This document shows, piece by piece, positions 11,083 through 23,449 of a DNA stretch of 64,000 bases. Below the pieces are notes generated by a model. That model did no database searches and was not told where the DNA came from. It saw only the letters and a list, made by a program, of their open reading frames with translations. The stretch spans positions 17,897 to 81,896 of the forward strand of contig CAMYKW010000001.1 of the NCBI GenBank assembly GCA_947259175.1. Direction: 5' to 3'. A program made the translations under genes and the position numbers. Within the stretch, counting starts at the first letter, position 1; the number at the start of each line of letters is the position of its first letter. The DNA comes from an uncultured Gammaproteobacteria bacterium. Its GTDB lineage: Bacteria > Pseudomonadota > Gammaproteobacteria > Arenicellales > JAANXG01.

Positions 11083-12251
11083 TATTTGTGCCCTCGCGCG
11101 GCAGCCACCACCTTCTCGGCCGCATCGGCCATGGTTGTAGCGGATGTGATCTCAATACCGGAATTGGCGATGATTTCCCTGCCGCGATCGACGTTGGTGC
11201 CTTCCAGCCGGACCACCAACGGCACCGACAGATGAACTTCCCTGGCGGCGTTGACCAATCCTTCAGCAATCACGTCGCATCGCATGATGCCACCGAATAT
11301 GTTGACCAGGATCGCCTTCAGATTGGGATTGCGCATCATTATGACGAACGCCTCGGTGACCTGCTCGGTAGTCGCACCGCCTCCTACATCCAGGAAATTA
11401 GCCGGCTCCGCCCCATACAGCTTGATGATGTCCATGGTCGCCATCGCCAGGCCGGCGCCATTGACCAGGCACCCGATATCGCCGTCCAAAGCGATATAGC
11501 TCAGGCCGTACTTGGATGCCTCGATCTCGTTCGGATCCTCCTCATCCAGGTCCCGCAATTCTTTGGTTTCCGGATGGCGGAATAACGCGTTGTCGTCGAA
11601 ATTGAGCTTCGCGTCCAACGCGACTACTTTATTGTCAGTGGTCAAGATCAACGGATTGATCTCCGCCAAAGACGCATCAGTCTCCCAATAAACCTTATAC
11701 AGGCCGAGTAACAACCCGGCGGCGCGATCCACGGCGGCATCGGGCAGACCAATCTTGGACGCCAGGTCTTCAGCCTGGTCGACCGTCAAACCGGCGACGG
11801 GATCAACCATGGCCTTATGAATCTTTTCCGGCGTTTTCGCGGCGACTTCCTCGATCTCGGTGCCACCCTCCGAACTGGCCATTACCACGACTCGCTGTGC
11901 GGAACGATCAACTACCATGCCGATATAAAATTCGCGTTCGATGTCGGCGCCTTCCTCAACCAACAGTCGTTTGACGACTTTTCCCTCGGGACCCGTCTGG
12001 TGAGTGACCAGGGTCATCCCCAGGATGTCCGCCGCGTGCTGTCGCACCTCGTCGAGCGAGCGCGCCAAACGCACGCCGCCGCCCTTGCCGCGGCCACCGG
12101 CGTGAATCTGCGCCTTGACCACCCACAGCTCGCCACCCAGCGCTTCGGCTGCGGCCACCGCCTCGTCCACGCTGAAACATGCGCTGCCCTGCGGGGTCGC
12201 CACTCCATAGCTTCTTAATATCTCTTTTCCTTGATATTCATGTACTTTCAT
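11082..12251 (-). CDS. sucC: Succinate--CoA ligase (ADP-forming) subunit beta
   Basis: [39 protein letters not shown] and NIFGGI. Confidence 0.93.
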   Translation of the reverse strand: MKVHEYQGKEILRSYGVATPQGSACFSVDEAVAAAEALGGELWVVKAQIHAGGRGKGGGVRLARSLDEVRQHAADILGMTLVTHQTGPEGKVVKRLLVEEGADIEREFYIGMVVDRSAQRVVVMASSEGGTEIEEVAAKTPEKIHKAMVDPVAGLTVDQAEDLASKIGLPDAAVDRAAGLLLGLYKVYWETDASLAEINPLILTTDNKVVALDAKLNFDDNALFRHPETKELRDLDEEDPNEIEASKYGLSYIALDGDIGCLVNGAGLAMATMDIIKLYGAEPANFLDVGGGATTEQVTEAFVIMMRNPNLKAILVNIFGGIMRCDVIAEGLVNAAREVHLSVPLVVRLEGTNVDRGREIIANSGIEITSATTMADAAEKVVAAARGHK

Positions 12252-12317
12252 AGCTTTTTTCCAAAGTTACATTAATTTTTTTCGTGTTGCCGGCGGCCGG
12301 GGAAGCGGCGACGACCG

Positions 12318-13517
12318 TCAGCTCATCGCCGCCTCAGCGACCCGTGGCGGTACGGTTTCAATTAACCGCGGGTCGAACTGGGTTGGGATGATGTACTCGG
12401 GGCCGAATGACAGCTCCTTGATCTGATAAGCCTCGAGCACCTCTTTGGGGACCGGCTCTTTGGCCAGACTGGCAAGTGCGTGGGTCGCAGCCACAAGTAT
12501 ATTTTCCGTAATCTTGTGTGCCTTGGCGTCCAACACGCCACGGAACAAAAACGGAAAGCAAAGTGAATTGTTGATTTGATTGGGAAAGTCGGATCTTCCC
12601 GTGGCGATGATGATGTCGTCTCGCACTGCGCGCGCCGCGTCCGGCATGATTTCGGGGACCGGATTCGAAAGTGCAAACACGATCGCGCGATCGGCCATCA
12701 CCCGGACCATGTCCGCGGTGAGCAGATTTGGGCCGGAAACCCCGATAAACACGTCCGCATCCAACACCGCCTCATCGAGCGTTTCCAGCGGAGTATCCAC
12801 CGCATACGCTTGCTTGTAGACGTTTACGTCCGTTCGTCGGGTATGGATCACACCTTTGCGATCCACGAGAATGATATTTTCTCGTTTTGAGCCAAGTGCG
12901 ATGAGCAGGCGCGTCGCCGCAATTCCCGCCGCACCGGCGCCCAGAATAACAATTCTTGCATCCTCCAGACGCTTACCTTGGATCTCCAACGAGTTCAGCA
13001 GGCCGGCGCACACGATCACCGCGGTACCATGCTGGTCGTCATGAAATACCGGGATTTGCAAACGATCCCGCAACGACTGTTCAATAATGAAACAGTTCGG
13101 GGCGGCAATATCTTCCAGATTGATGGCGCCGAAGGTCGGCGAAATATTAACCACGGTCTCAATGAATGCTTCAGTGCTGGGAGCCGCAATCTCGATATCA
13201 AATACGTCGATATTCGCGAAACGCTTGAATAAGACAGCCTTACCCTCCATAACCGGCTTACCGGCCAGGGGACCTACATTGCCGAGTCCCAGCACCGCGC
13301 TGCCGTCGGTGATGACGGCGACCAGGTTACCCTTGTTGGTGTAGCGATACGCGTCGTGTTCGTTCTCCGCAATTGCCATAACCGGTTCCGCGACACCCGG
13401 CGTGTAAGCGAGCGACAACTCATTGCCGGAAGTAAACGGCTTTGTGGGCTGTATGGAGATTTTTCCCGGCGTCGGAAATTCGTGGTAATCGAGCGCTTTG
13501 GCTCTGTTTTCAGACAT
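12318..13517 (-). CDS. NAD(P)-dependent malic enzyme (short MaeB-like form, no PTA domain)
   Basis: LSLAYTPGVAEP, KPVMEGKAVLFK, NLEDI, HDDQHGTA, GAGAAG and ATGRSDFPNQINN. Confidence 0.92.
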   Translation of the reverse strand: MSENRAKALDYHEFPTPGKISIQPTKPFTSGNELSLAYTPGVAEPVMAIAENEHDAYRYTNKGNLVAVITDGSAVLGLGNVGPLAGKPVMEGKAVLFKRFANIDVFDIEIAAPSTEAFIETVVNISPTFGAINLEDIAAPNCFIIEQSLRDRLQIPVFHDDQHGTAVIVCAGLLNSLEIQGKRLEDARIVILGAGAAGIAATRLLIALGSKRENIILVDRKGVIHTRRTDVNVYKQAYAVDTPLETLDEAVLDADVFIGVSGPNLLTADMVRVMADRAIVFALSNPVPEIMPDAARAVRDDIIIATGRSDFPNQINNSLCFPFLFRGVLDAKAHKITENILVAATHALASLAKEPVPKEVLEAYQIKELSFGPEYIIPTQFDPRLIETVPPRVAEAAMS

Positions 13518-13617
13518 AAATACTACTCAGGCAGTTACCCAAACGGTCCCGGATTCGCCACCGCGAGGTTCGATGAGCGTGGAACAATAACGTTGAACAG
13601 ATGTATTATTTTCAATC

Positions 13618-13638
13618 GCGACAATGGGTTATTGTCGC
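13618..13638. promoter_or_regulatory. Perfect inverted repeat GCGACAAT-N5-ATTGTCGC, candidate operator for mae-sucCD
   Basis: 8-bp arms with a 5-bp spacer, about 100 nt upstream of the malic enzyme start in an AT-rich stretch. Confidence 0.45.
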
Positions 13639-13777
13639 ATAGTGGGATTATGCTCAGCAAAATTTTGTTCCGCCGTTCACGTGGATCGGATGGCCTGCCG
13701 CCCGCGCCGGGGTCCAGGGGCGCCAGCGCAGGAAGCGATCCTAATTACGCGCCGTGGAGTGGTGGCGCGCTGCGCGC

Positions 13778-17106
<3,329 letters not shown>

Positions 17107-17142
17107 AGACATCTCCAAGATTAAGCGTGCACAACCAGTTTA

Positions 17143-18120
17143 TCAGATCGTGCCTTTACACCAGCTTTCAATCAATCTTCGCGATACCGAGAACGCGGGT
17201 GGAAGTTTGATAGAACCACAACCGGCCATCGCGTCGAACACCTGCGAGCGCGTAAACCAGCGGGCATCCTCTAGTTCATTGTCGTTTCGTTGTATCTCTG
17301 TCGACTGCGCTGTAGCGTGAAAACCCAGCATCAAAGAGCTCGGAAACGGCCACGGCTGAGAAGATTGATAAGACATGCGCTGTATCTTTATTCCGGTTTC
17401 TTCGGAAACCTCTCGCAATACTGCTTGTTCTGCCGATTCACCGGGCTCGACAAATCCGGCCAGGGTCGAATACACGCCTTCCGGCCAGCGTGCCTGGCGA
17501 CCCAATAGACACCGGTCTTCCCGGAACACCAGTACAATAATTGCCGGATCGGTGCGCGGAAAGTGGCTCACGCCGCAAGCCGAACTTGTGCATAGCCGCA
17601 GGTGACCGGCCTTGCTATTGGCGGTGGGTGAGCCGCACACGCCGCAGAACCTGTGGCGTTCATGCCAGTAACAGATCCCTTTGGCATATGCGAGTAGCGA
17701 TGCGTCCCAGTCGTCCAGAACCGGACCCAGGCGCCGCAGATCTTCAAACGCCGTATCGGCTGGCAAGACATGCGCATCCGCCGGATCGCGCTTATCGTCA
17801 ATGAGATAAGCAAAATAGGTGTCCCGCTCATGGCGGCCCAGCAAAATTGACGACTCCACCAGCGACTCGGGCCGTGTCATGTCCTTTTGCGTCAGTGTCG
17901 CCGCCTGGGGCCGGTCGACTCTGACCAGGTTTTTTTGTCTCCATACCGGAACGAAGTGCGTTCTGTCATCGTGCAGGCGCCGTGCAATCCACTCGAGATC
18001 ATCCCTCCGGTGGGTGATGCGGTCGAACGTACTGTTCACCAGGCCGTTTTGCCGCGCTTGCTGAAGATGGTCAACAGTTACAACGCCCGATTTACCGGGG
18101 TAGTCCTGCAAATTTCTCAT
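17143..18120 (-). CDS. nudC: NAD(+) diphosphatase NudC
   Basis: Zn ribbon HRFCGVCG...C...C, FPRTDPAII, Nudix box AGFVEPGESAEQAVLREVSEETG and SQPWPFPSSLM. Start placed at the ATGA overlap with the SDR stop; the ORF track starts at 18186. Confidence 0.92.
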   Translation of the reverse strand: MRNLQDYPGKSGVVTVDHLQQARQNGLVNSTFDRITHRRDDLEWIARRLHDDRTHFVPVWRQKNLVRVDRPQAATLTQKDMTRPESLVESSILLGRHERDTYFAYLIDDKRDPADAHVLPADTAFEDLRRLGPVLDDWDASLLAYAKGICYWHERHRFCGVCGSPTANSKAGHLRLCTSSACGVSHFPRTDPAIIVLVFREDRCLLGRQARWPEGVYSTLAGFVEPGESAEQAVLREVSEETGIKIQRMSYQSSQPWPFPSSLMLGFHATAQSTEIQRNDNELEDARWFTRSQVFDAMAGCGSIKLPPAFSVSRRLIESWCKGTI

Positions 18121-18929
18121 CGTGACGACGATACGAACTGTCCTGCGAGGGTATTCATCAGAGCTCCAAAGCCGGTTAGCGACCAACCCCCATCCACCGG
18201 AACCACCGCCCCGTTGATAAATCCGGCGAGTGGCGACGCCAACACCAATGCCACCTTGGCCACGTCATCGACGGATCCCATGCGTTTCATCGGCACGCTC
18301 TCGGCTACCGCCGCTTGTGCCGTCTCGCTCGGCGCCAGGCGTGCCATTCCTTCCGTTCCCGCGATTGGGCCGGGTACAATCGAATTGACGCGGATCCCCT
18401 GATCTCCCCATTCCAGCGCCAGCACCCGTGTCAGCATGTCCACACCCGCCTTCGCCGCACAGACGTGGGCCTGTAGCGGAGTCGCAACATAAGCCTGAGG
18501 CGCGGAAATATTGATAATCGCTGAGCCCGGTTTTTTTAAATACGCGTGGCCCGCGCGCAACACATTGAAAGTGCCCAACAAATCAATATCAACCACTGAC
18601 TTGAAGCCATTGGCGGACATCCCCAGCACCGGCGCAGGAAAGTTCCCGGCCGCGCCGGATATCAGCACGTCGATTTCGCCAAAGACCTTATGTGCCTCCT
18701 TCAGCGAGGCTTCGACTCCCGCAAAGTCCCGCACATCGGCGGAAAATCCGATCGCATCCGATCCGCAGTCCTTTAACCGGGCCACCGCGGCGTCAACCTT
18801 TTCTTGCGAACGGCTGAGTACCGCCAAATTGGCACCGGCCGCCGAGAATGCCTCTGCGATGCCCAGATTGATGCCGCTGGTGCCGCCGGAGACAAAAACC
18901 GTCTTTCCGTGATAATCAAGATCTTTCAT
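18117..18929 (-). CDS. SDR oxidoreductase, 2,4-dienoyl-CoA reductase-like
   Basis: SGGTSGINLGIA, GAAGNF, NGFKSVVDIDLLGTFN, AAKAGV and IVPGPI; co-oriented with nudC-fadBA. Confidence 0.8.
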   Translation of the reverse strand: MKDLDYHGKTVFVSGGTSGINLGIAEAFSAAGANLAVLSRSQEKVDAAVARLKDCGSDAIGFSADVRDFAGVEASLKEAHKVFGEIDVLISGAAGNFPAPVLGMSANGFKSVVDIDLLGTFNVLRAGHAYLKKPGSAIINISAPQAYVATPLQAHVCAAKAGVDMLTRVLALEWGDQGIRVNSIVPGPIAGTEGMARLAPSETAQAAVAESVPMKRMGSVDDVAKVALVLASPLAGFINGAVVPVDGGWSLTGFGALMNTLAGQFVSSSR

Positions 18930-19024
18930 ATAGGTCGCCACCCATTGTTTGACTCCTCTAGCCGGATCGCCGCCGGATAACTGAAAATCGCCGATGAGGA
19001 CTCGAACCACTCATCATCCGATGT

Positions 19025-19112
19025 TGGCGGAGAGGGAGGGATTCGAACCCCCGGACCCTTTCGAGTCAACGGTTTTCAAGACCGCCGCTTTCGACCACTC
19101 AGCCACCTCTCC
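19025..19112 (-). tRNA. tRNA-Ser (anticodon TGA), 88 nt, long variable arm, CCA encoded
   Basis: GGAGAGGTGGCTGAGTGGTCGAAAGCGGCGGTCTTGAAAACCGTTGACTCGAAAGGGTCCGGGGGTTCGAATCCCTCCCTCTCCGCCA; acceptor stem, D loop and TTCGAA T loop all present. Confidence 0.97.
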
Positions 19113-19455
19113 GGGACATAGACATAGAACGCTCGCGCCACGCACACCGACCGTCGCCGTTTTGTGTCGGCGGCCGAGTTTGCCGGTTGCCCGCGCTGCG
19201 CGATACTCGGGATCTTCCGTAACGCGGCGAGTTTACTCCAGCAGGCATATTGCACCAAGGCGCAACGCCCCCGTAATCAGCCTTCAAGCCGTCGACCCAT
19301 ATGCCCTTGGCACACCCCACGCGAGCGTCATTCGCGGGCGTTCGCAAGCGGGCTCCGGCGTCGGCGGTACCGGCGCTTTGCGCCGCGGCTGGTTTCCGCC
19401 GCCCAGTTTCGGTATGTTTCCGCTCAACAGCCTTACGAAATAATGACTATAACCA

Positions 19456-21171
19456 ATGGCTAAAGCGATTAGGATCGGTGTCTTTGCGGGCCTACCCGTG
19501 GCCGTCTTTTTGTCCTTTTTCGGTTACAGTCTGTTGCAACCCGCGCGTATCGATTATCTATTCGTCACCTTTTCGTACTTCATCCTTCTCGCCGTGTGCG
19601 CCGTATGGATCGTAAACGCACTTCGCCTTTACGAGCGGTTCAAATTTCCTTTGCGGCGCGTGGTGTCGAACAGCTGGCGCGGATTGTTATTTTGCCTGCT
19701 GATCACGATCTCACTGTGCAGCGCGGTTAAACCCCACTTCCGCGTACTCGACGATGAGACCAGCCTGCTGAGTGTCTCGAATTCGCTGGCACGGGAACAC
19801 AAGGCTCGCGGTGTCACTCACGCCAAATACCTGCTCGGACGCGACTACATAGTGCTCGAACAGTATATCCCCAAGCGACCTCTGTTGTATCCGTTTCTGG
19901 TGCACATAACCCATTTGGTTCGCGGGCAGCATTGGCAAAACGGATTCATTCTAAATGCGATACTCCTGTTTGCATGTCTAGCGCTGGTATATGTTGGCCT
20001 GCGTAATCATCTCGATGACTGGGGGGCTATGGCCGGCGTGCTGCTCGTATTGGGCAATCCGATTTTCATTATCAGCGCGCGCTCCTCGGGTTTTGACTTT
20101 TTGTCCGTGTTCATTTTTTTGCTGTCTTTGGCCGGCATGTATATTTTTCTGCGTCGACCAGGACCCGTATCTTTCGGCTTCCTGTGGAGCACCTTGGTTT
20201 TGTTTTCGCACATTCGTTATGAAAACGTTTATCTGTTCGTGCTGGCGATCTCATGCGTCGCATTATTTGGACGCATGAACAAAGAATTAATCAAGAATAA
20301 TTATCTTCTGATAGCGTGGACGCCCGCCTTATTACTGCCGTACATCTGGCAGCTGTATCTTTCCAGGTCCTTTTTTGGCGACGGCATCGTGAGCAGAGCT
20401 TTTGGCGCGGATTATCTGGTCGCCAACAGCAAACGATTTGCGCTCAACCAAAGCGATCTGGGGTCTTTGTTCGACACTACGCTCTCTGATTTTACGCTGC
20501 CGGTAGCCGTGGTCATTGGCGTTTGGATGTTGTTTCGGGCGTTGCAGCGGGAATTGCGTGTTGATGACAGCGCATATCGGCAGTTCTTAGTCTTTCTGGT
20601 TCTCGTTGTCGGTATACATCTGCTGATTTTGCTTTCGTTCTACTTCGGGGACTTTACTCTCACCTACATGCAGAGGATTTATTTGCCCGTATTCAGCCTG
20701 TTGGCTTTGGTTCCGCTGATGACGCCCTGGTTGTTCGGTACGTGGATCAACACCCGAATTGTCTTTATCATTGCGGCGTTGTTGTTCGCACTCTACCTCC
20801 CGGTAAGCCTGTTCCCGCAGCGCACTGGATTGTTTTATCCCGACTTGGAGCATCAAATCGAATTCCTGCGATCCTACAATCCGAAAACGACATTGATCGT
20901 AACCGCGCGCCCGGTGCGTCTGAATGCGCTTGGCTTCGGTGCGGTCAGTTTTGATTATATGAATAACAACAAACAGACGTTCATAAACGACATACAACTG
21001 AAATCGTTCACCGACGTAATCGTGTTTCAAAGAGTAAATCACGCCACCAAGGCAGTGGACGACGGCGACTGGCTATCCGCCGACTTCTTGCTGGAATCTT
21101 TGCAGACCTTTCGCACCGCCCCACACCAACAAACGCGTATTTCGCGAATCAAGGCGTCATTGCCAAGATGA
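19456..21171 (+). CDS. Polytopic membrane protein, probable GT-C fold glycosyltransferase (ArnT/PMT_2-like)
   Basis: Many TM segments; acidic DDE motif in the first large loop, then KRPLLYPFL, LGNP and IRYE, and a soluble C-terminal domain. Family assignment is inference. Confidence 0.6.
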   Translation: MAKAIRIGVFAGLPVAVFLSFFGYSLLQPARIDYLFVTFSYFILLAVCAVWIVNALRLYERFKFPLRRVVSNSWRGLLFCLLITISLCSAVKPHFRVLDDETSLLSVSNSLAREHKARGVTHAKYLLGRDYIVLEQYIPKRPLLYPFLVHITHLVRGQHWQNGFILNAILLFACLALVYVGLRNHLDDWGAMAGVLLVLGNPIFIISARSSGFDFLSVFIFLLSLAGMYIFLRRPGPVSFGFLWSTLVLFSHIRYENVYLFVLAISCVALFGRMNKELIKNNYLLIAWTPALLLPYIWQLYLSRSFFGDGIVSRAFGADYLVANSKRFALNQSDLGSLFDTTLSDFTLPVAVVIGVWMLFRALQRELRVDDSAYRQFLVFLVLVVGIHLLILLSFYFGDFTLTYMQRIYLPVFSLLALVPLMTPWLFGTWINTRIVFIIAALLFALYLPVSLFPQRTGLFYPDLEHQIEFLRSYNPKTTLIVTARPVRLNALGFGAVSFDYMNNNKQTFINDIQLKSFTDVIVFQRVNHATKAVDDGDWLSADFLLESLQTFRTAPHQQTRISRIKASLPR

Positions 21172-21276
21172 GCCTCCGTGCGTGCAGTCGCAGTACCCAA
21201 TCGTCGCCGACTGCGTTAGCGCCGTGCCCGCACGCGGTTGCAGTGGTGCTTTGCTCGCCGCACGCTTGAAAAACCA

Positions 21277-21304
21277 TTGAAAACCCTCTGGCAAGTCCCC
21301 ATAT
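21277..21304 (+). promoter_or_regulatory. Sigma32 (RpoH)-type promoter of yccA
   Basis: TTGAAA-N14-CCCCATAT, matching the heat-shock consensus. Confidence 0.65.
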
Positions 21305-21337
21305 TTCCAGGGAAATTACGGAATTGTAAAGGTCCTT

Positions 21338-21364
21338 GAACTTTCCGCGGGAAACCGTATCCTA
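21338..21364 (+). promoter_or_regulatory. Possible sigmaE/AlgU-type promoter of yccA
   Basis: GAACTT-N16-TCCTA. An overlapping sigma70-like reading (TTGAAC-N16-TATCCT) is also possible. Confidence 0.35.
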
Positions 21365-21417
21365 AAAGGACGACATTTTGCGATTATTAGCCTAATTCGA
21401 CGTTTTTTGGAGGTCAC

Positions 21418-22092
21418 ATGAACTCAGATCCGCTTCGCGCCGCGGTCGCCCAGCCAGTACCTTCCACGCTGGCGGTCAACAAAGTGTTGAAAAACACTTA
21501 TGCTCTGCTCGCGCTCACGCTACTCTTCAGTGCCGCCGCCGCGGCGCTGTCCATGGCGTTAAATTGGCCGCATCCGGGGCTGGTGTTGACGTTGGTGGGT
21601 TATTTCGGATTACTGTTTCTTACCACCCGCTTCCGCAACTCGGGGTGGGGCCTGCTGTTCGTGTTTGCGCTGACCGGTTTCATGGGTCTGACCCTCGGGC
21701 CCATTGTCAGCTACTACGTGAACGCCGTCCCCAACGGGCACCAACTGGTTATGATGGCCATGGGCGGGACCGGCATCATCTTTTTAGGGCTGTCGGGTTA
21801 CGTCCTGACCACGGGAAAAGACTTCAGTTTCATCGCGGGATTATTGTTCTCGGGCATCTTGGTGGCATTCCTGGCCGGATTGGGCGCCGCGCTCTTCGGC
21901 ATCCCGGCACTCTCCCTAGCCGTGTCCGCCATGTTCGTTCTGCTGATGTCCGGCTTAATTCTGTATCAAACCAGCCAGATCGTTCACGGCGGTGAAACCA
22001 ACTATATTATGGCGACCGTCACGCTGTTTGTCGCCATATTCAACTTGTTCACCAGCCTGCTGCATCTACTCGGGATTTTCGGCGACGAATAA
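21418..22092 (+). CDS. yccA: Bax inhibitor-1/YccA family membrane protein (FtsH modulator)
   Basis: NKVLKNTYALLALTLLFSA, FALTGFMG, GGETNYIMAT and IFNLFTSLLHLLG. Confidence 0.93.
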   Translation: MNSDPLRAAVAQPVPSTLAVNKVLKNTYALLALTLLFSAAAAALSMALNWPHPGLVLTLVGYFGLLFLTTRFRNSGWGLLFVFALTGFMGLTLGPIVSYYVNAVPNGHQLVMMAMGGTGIIFLGLSGYVLTTGKDFSFIAGLLFSGILVAFLAGLGAALFGIPALSLAVSAMFVLLMSGLILYQTSQIVHGGETNYIMATVTLFVAIFNLFTSLLHLLGIFGDE

Positions 22093-22123
22093 GACGCCGC
22101 CGCACTCAATACTCGAAATACCC

Positions 22124-22154
22124 AGCCCCGGAGCTCGCTACCGGGGCTTTTTTT
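22124..22154 (+). terminator. Rho-independent terminator of yccA
   Basis: AGCCCCGG-N9-CCGGGGCT followed by a T run; overlaps the 3' end of the convergent WecA-like gene. Confidence 0.8.
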
Positions 22155-23193
22155 CGTGCCGGGCAATTCCTCTCGAAGCAATTCTTCTTTCCGCCCACCC
22201 CATCGTGACCAAGTAGATTCCAAACAAGCCGAGAAACAGGAAGAACATCACATGTTCCGGAACACCCGCATACCAAGCCGCGAGCCCCGTCGCCGCGCAC
22301 ATAAGCGCACATCCGACGGCTATCAGCAGTGTCTGATTAACGCTGAATCCAAGCGCCAAGAGATAGTGATGGTAATGCGCCTGGTCCGCCAGAAACGGCG
22401 AACGGCCTCTGACAGCCCTCCTGAGCAAAGAACCCACGGCATCTATCAGAGGAACTGCCGTAATCCACAGCGCCGTCACCGGGGCCATCGCCCTTGCTTC
22501 GCCCTGGGACAATGCAATCAAGAACCAGGCCAGGGTCAACCCCAGCCACATACTTCCCGCATCGCCCATAAAGACACGAGCACTTGAACGTCCCAAGATT
22601 CTCGCGTTGAACAAAAGAAAAGCAACTACCGCACAAGCCACGACCGCCAACACCTTAGCCGCTTGACCGCTGTCGGCGACAATTGAAACTACGATTAGGG
22701 ACGCGGTCGTAACCAGCGTGAGGCTGCCGGCAAGGCCATCCATGCCATCCGACATATTCCAGGCGTTAATGACCCCGACGGTAGCAAAAAGCGTTAATGC
22801 GACCGACCAACGGTTTAAAGGCACCAAATGCTGTGAAGTGAGTTGGCCCAGATCGTCTAACACGATACCGCCCGCTTTTACCATGATTGCGGCCGCGATA
22901 AGTTGCCCAACGAACCTGAAGAAATAAGTGGTCTGATGGCGATCGTCCCAGATGCCGATTGCCAGCATGACGCCACCCGATACCAGCAGTGGAAGTGTCA
23001 AAGACGTGCCGGCAGAGGTCCAGACGGCGCCGACAACTGAGCCGGCAAACATTGCAATGCCGCCTACGCTTGGCGTTGCCGTAGTGTGCTTGCGGTGCTC
23101 GCCCGGAAAATCCAACAATCTCAACCTGGTCGCCAGCGGAATCAATAACACGATTACCACCACCGTTGTAAGAAACGTAAACAAATAAGGCAT
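22138..23193 (-). CDS. wecA: WecA/MraY-family undecaprenyl-phosphate HexNAc-1-phosphate transferase (initiating enzyme)
   Basis: RKHTTATPSVGG, GIWDD, NAWNMSDGMDGLA, FMGDAGS and ADQAHYHH. Start taken at ATG 23193; the ORF track uses TTG 23214. Confidence 0.85.
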   Translation of the reverse strand: MPYLFTFLTTVVVIVLLIPLATRLRLLDFPGEHRKHTTATPSVGGIAMFAGSVVGAVWTSAGTSLTLPLLVSGGVMLAIGIWDDRHQTTYFFRFVGQLIAAAIMVKAGGIVLDDLGQLTSQHLVPLNRWSVALTLFATVGVINAWNMSDGMDGLAGSLTLVTTASLIVVSIVADSGQAAKVLAVVACAVVAFLLFNARILGRSSARVFMGDAGSMWLGLTLAWFLIALSQGEARAMAPVTALWITAVPLIDAVGSLLRRAVRGRSPFLADQAHYHHYLLALGFSVNQTLLIAVGCALMCAATGLAAWYAGVPEHVMFFLFLGLFGIYLVTMGWAERRIASRGIARHEKKPR

Positions 23194-23227
23194 AAAAAAA
23201 TAAGCGCTCCGCAACTACGCGGAGCGC
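23194..23227 (-). terminator. Intrinsic terminator directly in front of the wecA-like ATG
   Basis: The minus strand reads GCGCTCCGC-GTAGTT-GCGGAGCGC-TTATTTTTTT-ATG: perfect 9-bp stem plus U-tract. Confidence 0.75.
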
Positions 23228-23261
23228 CTTTGAATTTGCGAGGAATGGATAAGTTGATCCC

Positions 23262-23414
23262 TTAAAACAACGTATAAATGAATGGCGCCATTGCTGATCC
23301 CTGGGCAAACACGATGAGCGCACCCAGCATCAGTAACACGATAATAATGGGTGCGAGCCAGAACTTTTTCCTGACTCTCATGAAATCCCAAAGGTCTCTC
23401 AGAAATTCCGTCAT
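23262..23414 (-). CDS. DUF5989/SxtK-like 50-aa membrane microprotein
   Basis: Not in the ORF track. MTEFLRDLWDFMRVRKKFWLAPIIIVLLMLGALIVFAQGSAMAPFIYTLF carries the family signatures RKKFWLAPII and APFIYTLF. Directly after the carbamoyltransferase. Confidence 0.88.
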   Translation of the reverse strand: MTEFLRDLWDFMRVRKKFWLAPIIIVLLMLGALIVFAQGSAMAPFIYTLF

Positions 23415-23449
23415 ATGCCGACTAGTCTCCCGTTGCAATCGTAACTGAT

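Noticed and set aside
19025..19112. tRNA-Ser as an integration (att) site for an island
   Set aside because: I saw no integrase and no duplicated tRNA 3' end. The tRNA 3' end faces the housekeeping SDR-nudC-fadBA genes, not the accessory region.
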